From Epiperipatus broadwayi (Eukaryota; Animalia; Onychophora), in assembly GCA_028023455.1 (NCBI GenBank), contig JAQFVV010000003.1, positions 16,306,001 through 16,370,000 of the forward strand: 64,000 bases of DNA. The letters are read 5' to 3'. How positions within the stretch are numbered: position 1 is the stretch's first letter; each line of letters starts with the position of its first letter. The notes under the pieces are model-generated. The model made no database searches, was not told where the DNA came from, and was given only the letters and a program-made list of their open reading frames with translations. The position numbers were made by a program, and so were the translations under genes. Below are positions 49,790 to 64,000 of this stretch, in pieces.

Positions 49790-50225
49790 ACTTTTTGTTT
49801 TTAAGTGCTTTTATTGAAGTTGCGAAATCTTTTTTTTTGCTGATATGTTTGTAAACTTATAATCTTTTTTAAGTTAGAATGAAATTTTTAAATTAAGATT
49901 TAAACTCGAAAGAATTTCTTGAAATTTGGTATATAATTAATTAATAACAGGTTAATCCATAAAAGACTAATCTTTTTATTAAATAACTTGGTTTCTTAGA
50001 TATGGAACAGAGGGCAGGAAAATATTGATATTTCAAATTTAAAAATTCTTCTTAGAACTTTTGTTTTAAGTAGGGAATACAAGAGGGTGATATAGAATTT
50101 TTTTCCATTCATAGTTAAGTCCAATATAATTTGATGAAATTTTGTATATTTTTTAAAAATCTATGAAAATGATAGGATATATTAATATTTTAAATAGGTC
50201 ACTTAGATATGAAAGAGTGGGAGGG
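49790..50225 (+). repeat. Unclassified interspersed repeat (second copy ~60975-61455)
   Basis: aagtgctttt(a)ttgaagttg..tttaagttaga(a/g)tgaaatttt..ttgaaatttggta..gtttcttagatat..caggaaaatatt..atagttaagt(c/t)caatataattt is shared between the two loci. Confidence 0.75.
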
Positions 50226-50722
50226 GAACTGGAATTTTTTAAGTAATGCGCTCTTGATTGCAATTGTAGCTTCATTTAAGTAATAAAAAAAATTGTTTAT
50301 AATGTAGTTTTGTTAAGCTTTTTCTTTTAAAAAAAAAAAAATTCAAATAAAAAGAAAAAAATGTCAAACAATTTTAAACAAAGAAGTTACTGATTTCTTA
50401 TATATAAATAATTATGTACACATACTATGATATATACATAAAGAGTATACTATTAATTTACAGCAGAAATATCCAGTGTTATATATATATGTGAAATTGA
50501 TTTAAAGTAAAATTATACATATTAAGTGAAATTCATGTACAATATAGATTTGGCAAGCATTTTTTTTAAAAAAAAAATTCCAATCAAAAGCAAAAATGTC
50601 AAACACTTCATTTAAAAGAATATTTTATATTTTTAATCACTTATACTCTATGTACACATACAAAATATATACACATAAGGGGTATATATTTTAACTTATA
50701 GCAGAAATATCTAGTGATATAT

Positions 50723-53700
50723 AGGTAGTAGTTTGGAGACCATATTGCCACCGTCATATGGCGCGACACCATCAACAACTGGTCTGAAACTTGCAAGTGA
50801 TAAATTTATTTACGAAGTGGCTGAAAATTGACAAATAAAAATGCCTAAGGCAAAATATGTCCACCAAATACATTGAAAACTACAAATTATAAAAAAAAAC
50901 CAAGACAATGCTAAAAAATTCAAATTATAAAAAAAAAAAGATGAATATATGAGAAAGAGCTACCCCCCTCCTAAAATCAAAATTTCTTCACTTAAATTGA
51001 CAAATAAAAATGCCTCAGACAATATATGTCCACCAAATACATCGAAAACTACAAATTATAAAAAAAAACCAAGAAAATGCTAAAAAATTCAAATTATAAA
51101 AAAAAATGATGAAAATACGAGAAAGAGCTACCCCCTCCCTCTAAAATATGAAAATTCACAAAGAAGCATGGCGGACAAAGAGCGGGAAATACGAAAACAT
51201 CAAATTATTTACTTTCAACATAAATATGCATCTAAGATCATATTAAAAAGCAATTAATTGTTCTCTGGCTTTCAAATTACTGCATATGTAAATTGAGCAG
51301 TAATATTTAAATAATCGAAAAGCAATACACAAAAAATAATTACCAACCCCTCCCCCAACTAATCAAATTATAACGAAATATGGAAAGCACCGAGTAACTT
51401 TTCTAAAATGTACTAAATCTTATCAATATTTTTAAAAATATTTAAGTAACAGCTATAATAATAACTCATAACACAGATTAATACATAGTAAATAATTAAA
51501 TATAATTATAGTAAGTTTGAAAGAGAAAGTAGAAAAATTACTTTGTTCCAGATTCGGTTCAGCGCCATTTGCACAATGATGAATTGATCATCACAATGTT
51601 CGCGATTCCCAGCAGATTAAAAAAATAATTTAACAGAAGAGATCTACAAACACTAGCAGTTATTTAAAGAAAGTTACGCACACACGTATATAATATACCA
51701 ATGCAATTTCCAATAATAAATGATTGTTTGCCAAAGAGAAAATATTTTTCTTAAAATATACTTTAGTATAATATTCTGTGCATAGTAAATATATATAAGA
51801 TGCATATTTCATTGTTTTATTTAAACAAAGTTGCAAATGCATTATATTTTTTAATGTGAGATGTCTAATTACCAACGTCAAATCCCTTTCTCCCCCCCCC
51901 CCAATAGCTTTAATCGACAAAGTAAGTCGGCATAGATTTTCAAAAAATATACTAAATACTTTTAAAAGACTTTCAACATCAAATTATTTATCTTTAAAGT
52001 AATTAATTTTTTTCTGGCTTTGAAATTACGGCATATCTAAATTCATTAATAATATTTAATAATTATCAAGTAATACACAAAAAATAATTACCGATTACTT
52101 CATTTATAGTAGGCATTTGGATTTTTCCAGTTTTTTTGGTTCAAGAAATTGTTTTTCATGAAATATAATACCAATGCAATTCAAAATACGAAATTATTTT
52201 TCAGCATTTTGCCAAAAAGAAAATACTTTCTTAAAAATATACTTTAGTACCATATTATGGAAATTATATATAAGATGCATATTTCATTGTTTTATTTAAA
52301 CAAAGTTACAAATGCACCTGTATTTTTTTCTAATATGCTGAACTTTGTTGAATTAAAACATTGTTTGCGCCTATATTTTTTTAATGTAAGAGCTATTACG
52401 TCACATTTCAATTTGCAACTTTGTTTAAATAAAACAATGAAATATGCATCTTATATATAATTTCCATAATATGGTACTAAAGGATATTTTTAAGAAAATA
52501 TCTCCTTTGGCAAAATGCTGAAAAATCATTCCGTATTTTGAATTGCATTGGTGTTATATTTCGTGGAAGGGTATTGTTTGCGCCTATATTTTTTTAATGT
52601 AAGAAAGAGCTATTACGTCACATTTCAATTTGCAACTTTGTTTAAATAAAACGTAATGAAATACGCATCATAATTGTGTAAATGTCATCAAGTGTGTTCA
52701 ACACAAAATAAACTTAATCTTCTATTACTATTCAAGTGTGTTAAGAGCTTCAAAATGAAATGTGATGTGATTTTTATATGAAAAACAATTTTGTGAACCA
52801 AAACTGGAAAAATCCAAGAGCCTACTATAAATGAAGTAAGTAATCGGTAATTATTTTTTGTGTATTACTTGTTAATTATTAAATATTAATGAATTTAGAT
52901 ATGCCATAATTTCAAAGTCAGAAAAAAATTAATTGCTTTAAAGATAATTTGATGTTGAAAGTCTTTTCTTTTAAAAGTATTTAGTATATTTTTTGAAAAT
53001 CTATGCTGACTTACTTTGTCAATTAAAGCTATTGTGGGGGGGGGGAGTGATTTGACGGTAATTAGACATCTCACATTAAAAAATATAGATGCATTTGCAA
53101 CTGTTTAAATAAAACATAATGAAATATGCATCTTATATAAATTTACTATGCACAGAATATTATACTAAAGTATATTTTAAGGAAAATATTTTCTCTTTGG
53201 CAAACAATCATTTATTATTGGAAATTGCATTGGTATATTATATATGTGTGTGCATAACTTTCTTTAAATAACTTTGCTAGTGTTTGTAGATATCTTCTGT
53301 TAAATTATTTTTTTAATCTGGGAATCACGAATATCGTGATTAACTCATCATTGTGCAAATGGTGCTGAACCGAATCTGGAACAAGGTAATTTTTCCATTT
53401 TCTCTTTTAAACTTACTATAATTATATTTAATTACTTACTATGTATTAATCTGTGTTATGAGTTATTATTATATCTGTTACTTAAATAATTTTTAAATAT
53501 TGATAAGATTTAGTACATTTTAGAAAAGTTACTCGGTGCTTTCCATATTTCATTATAATTTGATTAGTTGGGGAGGGGTTGGTAATTATTTTTTGTGTAT
53601 TGCTTTTTGATTATTTAAATATTACTGCTTAATTTACATATGCAGTAATTTGAAAGCCAGAGAACAATTAATTGCTTTTCAATATGATCTTAGATGCATA

Positions 53701-54060
53701 TTTATGTTGAAGGTAAATAATTTGATGTTTTTGTATTTCCCGCTCTTTGTCCGCCATGCTTCTTTGTGAATTTTCAGATTTTAGGGGGGGGGGAGCTTTT
53801 TCTCGTATTTTCATCGTTTTTTTTTTATAATTTGAATTTTTTAGCATTTTCTTGGTTTTTTTTATAATTTGTAGTTTTCGATGTATTTAGTGGACATATT
53901 TTGCCATAGGCATTTTTATTTGTCGATTTTCAGTCACTTTCGTAAATAAATTTATCACTTGCAAGTTTCAGACCGGTTGTTGATGGTGTCACAGCACCAT
54001 CTGGCGGTGGCAGACCCAGCACCATCTGGCGGTGGCAGTACGGTCTCCAAACTACTACCA
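50723..54060. mobile_element. 3.3 kb fold-back element (almost entirely inverted repeat, modular)
   Basis: Termini (A)GGTAGTAGTTTGGAGACC / GGTCTCCAAACTACTACCA; arms match from the ends to a centre near 52305-52415; internal duplications at ~50830-51140 and ~52570-52640; ATATAT on both flanks; no coding capacity. Confidence 0.85.
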
Positions 54061-54144
54061 ATATATATATATATCAACTATAAATGTTCCATCAATTTAA
54101 AGTACAATATACTTTTGCATTTTTATTTATTGTGCCCATACTAA

Positions 54145-54475
54145 AAAGTTGCAAATAATAGAGAGTTTTTTTTTTATTAAATGCTATTATTTATTGTATA
54201 CTAAAAAGAAAAAAAAATGTTTCTTCAATTCCAATTGGGGTTTTTAGATTTAACTTGAAATAAAAGCATGGGGGATCCAAAAATTAATTAAGTCAATCGC
54301 TACTTTTTATGAGGTTGACTTAATTAATTTCTGGAAACTCCTCTGCCCCAACCATGCTTTTATTTCAAGATAAATCTAAAAATCCCAATTGTGGTTAAAG
54401 AAAAAAGTTTTTTTCTGTTTAGTGCACAGTAAATAAAAGTATTAAATATATAAAAAAAATATAATCTCTATTATT
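54145..54475. repeat. ~330 bp imperfect hairpin
   Basis: ..ttagatttaacttgaaataaaagcatgg..aattaattaagtcaa / ttgacttaattaatt..ccatgcttttatttcaagataaatctaa.., loop ~15 nt near 54300-54313. Confidence 0.8.
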
Positions 54476-57400
54476 TAGACAATGGTCATTGCAATAGTTT
54501 ATAGTGATCTTTATGAACAGGAATTAAATTTATAAGTTTAATGGTAGATTTTTAATTCAAATTGATTAAAAGCAAAGAACCTCATCTTGACAATTTCCAA
54601 TGTGCTGCTATTGCAATTAAATTAAAAGGGTATTTCATCATAGTAATATAATTATTTCAACTAACCCTGTGCAGTGGTAGAATGACAGACTCAAAAGTTA
54701 TCTCTGGATCTAACTTCAACCTATCATTTTCAGTGATAAAACATACAAATTCTTGGATGAGTAACCATTAAATTATTTATTACTTCAATTAAACTAGAGT
54801 ATAAGATCATCATTCTATCAAATTTATTGTATGAGGATAAATTAGATCTCTTATCACTGGAAAAATAATATTTGAGGGTGTTCTGTAATATTTTGAATTA
54901 ATGAAAAAATCATAAGACCAATCGGTTTATTTTTCAATTTTTTAATAAATGATGATATTGAATCCCAATTATAAAGGTGCTCATATGAAACAATTTAATC
55001 ACAACAAGTTGAGATTATTTTTGTGGAATGGGAAGATCCTGCTTTTAAAAAGGCACACTACTGAATTATTTTCATTGATAATATGACTGAGAACAGAGTA
55101 TAATAGAAAACTTCAATTAAGCAAGATGTTGAAATATTTGAAATAAAAGTTCATTATAAAAGAACATAAACTAAAAAAAAAAAACTAAAGCAAACACTAA
55201 CATGAAATATATTTACAGTCATCACCAAAATAGTCTTCATTTTGTTTTTCTGGTATTGTTCTATTACATCGTGTCAGTCGCTTTATAACACTTTATATGC
55301 AAAAGCACATAAATATACCATTTACACGGCCACCACCACCTTCTAGGCCTATATATATCTATTCCACAAAAGCACAGAAAGAGGCCATTTAATAGGCAGC
55401 AGTCAGCCAGCACCAATGACATTATTTCTATGCTATAAAGACAGAAAAGATGCTGTTTATCAGCGGCAGCCAGCCTACTTTAGTGTTACACACTTTATTC
55501 CAATACTCACAGTTCAATGTTCACTACAGTATCATGTGAGGGGGTCTGAACTTCAGCCTGCCACAACTCTTCAAATATGCCTATCAAAGGAATTAGCTTA
55601 CAAGTCATCTGACCTACTATTATCTCCTAACAATTGTCAACCTTTGCTATACTTCTCTACTGAATGTGGAACCTTCAAAAAATTAGGAAAGTACATCAAA
55701 GCAAGATTTCGACCAGCTCATGTGAAAAGTCATGTTTGCGCGAGAACATGTCCATGATAAAATAAAATGGCTGACAGATCAAAATCGGGCCAACTACTGT
55801 CCACAGAAGCCGGCGTGCATGGGGATTGAATTTATTCTACTCTAATAGAATCTTTGCAATAAGGTAGGTCAATTGATAATGTTTTAATTCTTGTAGATAT
55901 GAAAAGGCATACCATCTGCCCTACATTGCAGGACTAAGATGAAATTTTTGGCCACTTGTAGTTAAAAAAGCTTTTTAAATTTTTATGGTGTAAAATTGTT
56001 CTCAACTAAATTACAGGCAATTGATTAAGGAAATCATTAAGCTTTGGAAAAAAAAATTATGACTGAAAATTCTCATAGTTCTATGCAGAGACCAAAAGAA
56101 ATTGTCCAAAGAATACATTTATTAATCTTTAAATTAAACTAAAAAACCAATCGAGTTGAAAATTAGTAATCATTCTTAGTAGGTGTGCCATTAATATCCA
56201 TTCACATCTTCTTTCAAAGATAGCTATTGTAATAAATCAATAAATAAATAATTATTTTTCCCTTTCAAAAATGACTAGAAAAAGTAAAAAAAACAACAGT
56301 TCAGTAATTAAAGCATTATCAGCATTTTTTTTTGCCACCACGATGTAGTTAGTTATGTCCCAAGCAATGCTAGTAGACTTTGTAAAGTTTGTGGGAAGGG
56401 AGGGAGGATGGTTTGGCCAGTCAGTGCTGGCATACATGGGGAATTTACAATAATAGAATATTTGCCATAATGTATGTTTATGTAAAATTGTTCCAATAAA
56501 TGTTAAGGAAATAAATGAATTATGTTAACCCGTATGATTATTATTCTTTCACAAAGAATGGGGTGGGCCTAGTAGCATTATATTGATGTGTTTTTGCATA
56601 GCAACAGTGCCATCAAGTGGCTGACACAATTTATTAAAACAGTACCATTTTTCTTTATTTCTCATCTTGAATTATGATGGCAGGGAATGAGACTGCATGT
56701 ATAATTACAATTTTTATATAATAAATTCAGTTCTATTTGTAATGTATTTGTAAAAGAAATGAAAAACATACTGTATAAAAATATATGTATTAAACTCTTT
56801 TTATAAAGATTAAAAAACTAATCAATAAAATATAATCGTTATCCATAGTAGTTTGTTTCCCATTTAACTCCTCAACTCATTCTAAATAATAAACTCCTTT
56901 ATCTTTTATTCAAACTAATAGGAATTAATACTGATTATGCATACATCTTAAGTGATATTTTATATTTAATAAGCTTTTCAATGGGGATACTGTGATTTTG
57001 TAACTTTATCAATAATTTTTGAGATATTTTTCCAAAACACATAATTTTTAAAGATTTTTTTTTATAAATTTAAAATAAAGAACAAACTGTACAATCATTA
57101 ATAGACATAAATTATATTAAATATTAAAATTTTTATATCTTTCAATTCTAAGAATAGTAAGATAAAAATGTATAAAGTCTCTGATGACTTAATATTTCAA
57201 ATTACTTTATAGAAGACAAAATTTAATTACATTACTATTATCTTAAAAAAAGTTAGTTTGCAGTCTATGTAAATAACTCCCATACATATACATGTATATA
57301 TGCATATTTGCTAAATGTGTGTATGCAGTTGAATATATTATTTTTAATAATCATTTCAGAAAAAAATACTGTGTAGTTTCAAATTTTCTTTATGTTAAAT

Positions 57401-60400
57401 AAAAAATAATATCCCTCAGTCACATGAGAAAATGAAATATATAAGCATTTCCAATTTTTATATACCATTTTAAATATAATTTTAAGAGGAATGTAATAAA
57501 GTTATTATTAAAATATAAATTTGAAAGCTTATCAAAATTCATAAATAGAAATTTTAAAAAAATATTAAAATTCTTCATATTTTTTTTTAATTTTATGATA
57601 ATGATTATATTTCCCCAACTTAATTACTGTCAATTTAGGACAACATACATTTTATTTTTGCATCATGTACACTGAAGATATTGTAAAAATAATATCTTCA
57701 ACTAAATCCATAAATATTACTCTTGACTAACTACTAATTGTTATTTTCAATTAAAATATTTTATTTCAAATAAAAAATGCATTAGACATCAATTTTTAAA
57801 AATATATAAATTCAATATACATATATGATAGGATGTTCCATAAGTCTAATTCAAAATAAAATTCAGAAATATTTTTTATTAATTTTAGTTGCATGTAAAA
57901 TATATAGTGTTTAATTAAAAACTTTTTAGAAAAAGATGAAACAAATTATATGCTTAGTCAATGAGATGGCCAGATTTTTTCATTATCATTACATAAAACT
58001 ATAATGGATTCCTTGCATAATGGCTTTAAAAGTGATTTTTTTTTTTTTAGAAAAAAGACTTACAGTCTCCTGATATATAATAGTAAATAAAATATTCACA
58101 AGATCATTTCACAATAAAAAAAATATATTAAAAAAAAATAAAAATACAGCTTCATTATTAAAATAAATCTGTTTGTTACATAATAAATTTAAAGAGATGG
58201 TCAAAAGTACAAATAATTAATAATTACAACAGTTAAATAAATACATATCAAGTTATTTACATTTTTCAAAAATATTCAATACACTTTCATTCTTTTTGCA
58301 TTACTTTTATGAAATAAATCTCTAAAAAATTCACTTCTTTGACTTTTCACTATGGTTTTTATTCCATTACCTGACAGTTTTGACTATCTAGTTGTCTTCT
58401 TCAGTGATGAAAAATACAAATGCATTATATTATTTATTTACACAAATATTTCTTTATATCACTTTAAATTTTATTTAATATATATATACACACAGACATA
58501 TATAGAAATATAATGGAGTGTGATCTACACTATTTTCAAGCCTCATTCACATTCAAAGGTATATAGCATATAACAGTAAACATTTAGTTGATAAACATTG
58601 ATTATAATATGTATTATTTATTGAGCTGCATGTGCAGTCTTTTCAATATACAAATATATATAGCATAGATACATTTTTATATATATAAACAAAATTTTAA
58701 ATAATAATATAATTATTAATAATAAATTGAGAGGGACATATTAATATTTATTTTACTGAGTGTGTATTCACTCATACATTTACTAAAGTAGTAAGAAAAA
58801 ATTAACTATCATATTTTTAAAATAAATAGCAAAATATTATACAGGAAGCATAAAATGTGTTTTCAACATAAAGCGAAGAAATTTTATTAATACATATAAT
58901 CATGTATGACACTCAGAGAAAAAAAAAGGCGGCTTTATTCAAATTTTAGTGTTTTGTGTGTATTTATTTACATCTTTGTTTATATCTCAATATAGTGTAT
59001 AATTGAAGTCATGTAATTAAATACAGCATAGTTTTTGGTTCCACTATACTATATATGTTTATATCTCTGCATACAATGTAATTTTATTACTAATTTTATT
59101 CAGTGATTTTAATGCAAAACTTTTAATTTGTTAATTGTCATTATCTATAAGATTTTATATAAATTTATAAAATGTAATAGTTCTTATAAATAATTAATTT
59201 TCAATATAATCATTTAAAACCAAAAATTTAAACTCAATAATAATTTGAAAACTATTTAAATATGCTATTCCTTTTTAAAATATTATTACTCTTCTATAAT
59301 ATCTATATTACTTTATAATTACTATAATATCGGATACCTGTTGTTCTTTTCTTTTCCTTATTAACATACTAACAGGTTTTTGAAATTTTTTTATTGTTTA
59401 TACTATTTCCTATTACTCCTCCTATTGGATTAAACTTGGAGAGATCTTTACCCTGCAGATCGATAACGGTTGAAAATGACGATGATAATTTAAATTTTAT
59501 TAAAATTAAAGACTATATTCATTTACTGTTGATAATGATAAACAAGACTTGCTAAAAAAAAATCACTTATATGTTTAATATATATATAAAGAGTTTACAG
59601 AATATTAAACAAAAATTCATCACTTGATATGAATTATTAAGAATGACAAACATACATTAACTATATTTTAAAACAGTTTATTTACATATAAAAATTATAA
59701 ATAATGAACCAAAATTTAATAAAATGGATGACGGATTAAATTCAATATATAATTTACAACATGCAGATAACTTTAACAATTTAAAAGTTATATTTACTTA
59801 ATAATATCATTACATTTAAATCAAATGCTTAAAGTTAAAGATTCAGCTGAAATTTCATTCATATATTGCTTATTCACGATATTTCTTTAATTTAATAAAA
59901 GTGTATTATATTAGTAGACAAAACAGATATAAAATTATAGTATTATGAAGCCTCATTAAGTCTTAATATTTATTTTCATACATTTTCAAAATAAAAGATA
60001 AATGAAAATACTTGTGCTACAAGGAATACTAAACTATAATGCAACAATAAAACAATGTTTCCAAATTACATTCCATATAAAGATCATAGATATTAAGTTT
60101 CACATTTATTAGAATCTAATGTTTATTTTGATTTTCCATCATAAAATTTAAAATAAATTTTGAAGTATGGTTCCAAATGATTGTCATTGGTTTACAATAT
60201 CTTTGTGGTTGAGGTGAATGGATAATAAAATTAATTACTAGTAAAATATTTTAATTTTGTGCTCTAAATAATTATGTCATGGATGTTTCAATGATTCCAG
60301 GAATCATTTATCACATATTTATATAATGTGAAAAGTTATTAAGATTTTTCTGAAAGTATGATTATAATTCTCTATTATTATCTTACAACAGAAAAATCTA

Positions 60401-61457
60401 ACAAAAATAGTTCAAATGTAGATGGATTCCATTCTAACTACACTTTTTTAAAATATAAAACTTTTTAAGGAAAAAAAAAACCCGTTGTAAGTTGTATTTG
60501 AAATCTAAACCAGGAATTACTTCAATGCATAAATTATTTAATTCAATCCTAAAAATATTTCTGAAACAAGATGAATCTGTTTGAAAACTGTGTGATTAAA
60601 ACAACTAAGTAGCCAGCCCATAGCACACCCAGGTAACCATCAAATATTTGGTCAGTAAATGGCTATATAGAATTATTATCTGGAACATAAAAATCTCAGT
60701 TTAATCTAGATTGGTCAGATAATTATCAAAAATAAATGCAATATAACTTTTGCCACTTGTGGAAAATATGCTCCTAGCGAGTATAGGATTTGCTATTATC
60801 CTTTTAAAACAAATTGCATTTCATATATAATGGCAGAATAAAATTCAAGTAGAATCAACTTTAAATTACAACATCCAATCCTTTCAAAATAAAAATCTTT
60901 AAATTGAAAGTAACATGGTTAAATTAATTTTAAAATATTTTTAATATTTATTAAATAAATTTTGCCTTATATCTTTTTTTAAAGTGCTTTTATTGAAGTT
61001 GGAAAATCACTTTGTTTGGTGGTATGTTTATTTGTAAACCTTTGATCTTTTTTAAGTTAGAGTGAAATTTTAAAATAAAGGTTTAATAGTTTTAAATTCA
61101 ATAAAATTGCTTGAAATTTGGTACATAACTAATCAATATCATGCTAATCCATACAGGACACAAATCTTTTGGTAGGACACCTAGTTTCTTAGATATAAAA
61201 CAGAGGACAGGAAAATATTAAATATTTTTGATATCAAATTTTTTTAAAAATTCTTTTTCAAACTTAACCAAGTCTCATGAAGGGTGGTATAGAGATTTTA
61301 TTTCTTTCAATTTAATAACATTTTAATATCAAGATTATTAATAATATAGTTAAGTTCAATATAATTTATTGAAATTTTATATAATTTTTAAAAATCTCTA
61401 TGAAAGTGATGAAACATTAATATTTTAAATAGCTGATTTAGTTTTAGATTTGGAAGA

Positions 61458-64000
61458 ATGAAGGGAAATAGTAGCAGTCCAGAGGGAGATATAGAAGGGG
61501 AAGTAAGTATGAGCAGGAATACAGAGGCAGAACTCAAGGAGAGGCCAGTATATATTAAGGAACAGTCTAGGGTGATACAGGAGCAGGGTCTGGAGGAGAA
61601 AGCAAATGCAGGCATGGATATGTTAACAGCCATATTCAAAATGATGGAACAAAACAAGGTAGAAAGGGAAGAGAAAAGAAAATTGAAAAGAGAAAGGGGA
61701 GATGTTGACTATATGTAGGAGGATAGAAGAAAGAGACAGTAAAGTAAGGGAGGAAAATGAAGCTAGAGATAGAAAAATGGGCAATAAACTCCAGGCCCTA
61801 GAAGAAAAAATGGAAAGCCTAAGAATAGCCTGCCAAAAGAGTTATATAGAGGTTCACCATAAATTTGAAGGACTCCTGGGGGACCATAAAAGGGGAAACA
61901 ACCGAGGCTCTACAGATATTGACAGGGGAAGTTGTTTTGGCTCAAGGCAAGGTAGCCAAGATAGAAGTGTTCTTCCATGGCATCACGACACAGATTCTCA
62001 TTGGCCTGAAAGAAAGATGAAGGTATCAGAAGGAAAAGGAGGATTATTAAGAACGTGGGAGTCACAAGAAGTGATACAAGAGCAGTTATATGAACTTAAG
62101 GAGAATATCATCCAAGGAGGTAAAGGAGCTGTGAAGGAAGGGCTGAAGAAAAAGGTAGCCCAGATAGTAGGAAATAATAGGGAAGCTGTAAGGGTTATTT
62201 TGGATGCTACAGATAAACTAGCCAGGCCAGTAAAGAAGCCACTGTGAGAATGGAAGTAGTGAGGAAGCATCATGGTGACCCCTTAGAGCCCGAACAGTTA
62301 GGGAAAGGTAGTTGGACCCACAAGGCAAGGAAACAAGAGAAAACAGCACTGGAGAAATGAGACCTGTCAGACAGTGGCCCATCAAAGAAGGTAAAGAAAT
62401 ACAGCAATTAGGAACCAAGGGTGTTTGAGCATCGGGAACAGTGAGGGAGAATGTGGCAGAGTTCTGCCGGAATCAACTGTAAACATGCAGACATACTTAT
62501 CAAAGTTTATCCAAGTAAAAGTATTCAAGGCCAAAGTAGGAGAAAGTCCAAGGACCCATATTGAAAGATTGTGAGAGCTATTCTGATTCTAGAAAATGGT
62601 ACAGGCAGAGCAGGTCGTTTTTATGACTCACTATCTACAAGGATATGTTCTATCATGGTGGGAGTGTTACATCAAAAAAACCTTTCTTTCAACTAATATA
62701 TCATGGCACTGGTAAAGACTTTCTGGAATGAAGACTGACAGGATGAAATCTACCATGCTGTTATCAGAGCAATAAGGGTCTGTTGTCAAAGAAATGCATA
62801 CACAGTTCTTCATGAGACAGGTCTCATTTGAGATCCTTAACAGCATTGCCTTTCACTGAGACTCAAATAAGAGCTATCCAGAAGAATATGCCTATACAAG
62901 TGCGACAGATGATAGTGGGGTGTCATATAAGGACTAGAGAAGAGATGGCCAAATTTCTTACCAATCATTAATTAAACACCATTTCCCAAGAAGCTTCCAG
63001 AGAAAGTACACCAAACTGAATACCCCAGATGTCAAGTGTCATAACCAGGCAAAACTGAGCTGCAGGGTTCCACATGCATAGGACAGATACCCAAACCAGA
63101 GAAAGAAGGCTATACCAAAATGAGCAGTTATTAATAACCAGATAGTTCCATTAGGCAATTCCCCTTACTGGCCACCCACAAAACTGAAAGGGAATTAAAA
63201 TAATATACCCCAATGAATAGGTACCACAAGACAATGACTGACTAGGTCCAGCCACAGGTAGTGTCAGGCCTTTGTCCCATGGTTGTTGTGAGCATTTATG
63301 ATATAGAAGTGTTAGCCCCGGTAGACACAGGAAGTCAGGTTTCATTTATATCCAAACATTGGTTGGCAGACATAGAGGCACAGGGATATCAAATGACAAA
63401 CTTCTGCTTAGGCAAATGCAGTTGGTCCTTGCGGATGGGAAGGAGACCAAGATTCAAAGTATGGTTAGAAGTGGGATGAGGTTGCCTTTCACTTGGCTAC
63501 ATGTTTCTGATCATGAAAGGTTTGCTGCCAGACATAGTGCTCGGTTATGATTTTTTGAAGACACAGAGGCATCACTGATTTGGAGGAAAATGTGGTAACC
63601 CTGAACCGGGAAGAAGTCAAACGAAGTCATATCCTCACCAATGAGAAGCCAAGCACTGTACCTAGAACCAGACCTTGAAGATCTCAAGATCAGAGAAATC
63701 TCTTGTATTAAAATGGAAGGTGAGAGATTATGGAAAGTTTTGGCGGACATCAGACAGGTTTTCTCCAATACCCCAAGAATAATTAAAGGCTATATTCACC
63801 AAATAAGACTCAAAGAAACGTATTTCCAGTCTTGAACATATCTGAGACCATTCCAATACCAGGAGGCAATAGAAGCCCAGATCTGACAAATAAGAGAATG
63901 GGGAGTAGTCAAGAAGGAACCCTTACCTTATAATAACCTGCTAGTCATTGTGAAGAAAAGAGACAGGTCTATAGGCATATGTCTGGATGCAAAGAAATTA
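61458..64000 (+). mobile_element. Decayed Gypsy LTR retrotransposon: gag, aspartic protease, start of RT (runs off window)
   Basis: Coiled-coil gag N-terminus (ORFs 61458..61718, 61702..62247); capsid-like ..VLSWWECY..TFWNED; protease VDTGSQVSFIS (~63322) and VLGYDFLK; RT N-terminus PFQYQEAIEAQI..YNNLLVIVKKRDRSIGICLDAKKL (similar to SPIVIVKKKDGSIRICLDARKL). Many stops and frameshifts. Confidence 0.9.

Noticed and set aside
55320-55820. GC-richer patch with 113-aa ORF 55416..55757
   Set aside because: No recognisable protein motif or termini; probably an LTR/LINE UTR remnant that I cannot classify.
58370-59500. Possible minus-strand first exons near a CpG patch (MLIRKRKEQQ)
   Set aside because: Could not chain further exons in phase; insufficient support.

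Overview
Very AT-rich, CpG-depleted animal DNA, most like a large-genome insect (inference from composition and TE content). Most short ORFs in the supplied track are spurious or TE-derived. Main contents, left to right: (1) A ~3 kb palindrome (~1430-4445) whose arms are decayed, apparently intronless eIF4G fragments (region just after the eIF4E-binding motif through the first half of MIF4G). Each fragment is followed by a Penelope-like 3' fragment, and the central loop is ~17 nt. (2) Three independent TSD-flanked insertions of short tandem and/or inverted units carrying degenerate type-I hammerhead ribozyme cores (3464-4027, 17200-18204, 20274-20920). (3) A + strand host gene reconstructed by eye from seven small phase-compatible exons (10086-25153), downstream of a perfect RFX X-box; product not recognised and start codon not found. 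(4) A 16.4 kb LTR-internal-LTR-internal-LTR non-autonomous (gag-only) retroelement array on the - strand (28512-44938) with an ATAT TSD, containing a nested 2.6 kb solo LTR and a 1.23 kb TIR element. (5) A 3.3 kb fold-back element (50723-54060) and several smaller hairpins. (6) A decayed Gypsy gag-protease-RT running off the right edge (61458-64000). Old RTE, hAT and SINE relics fill much of the rest.
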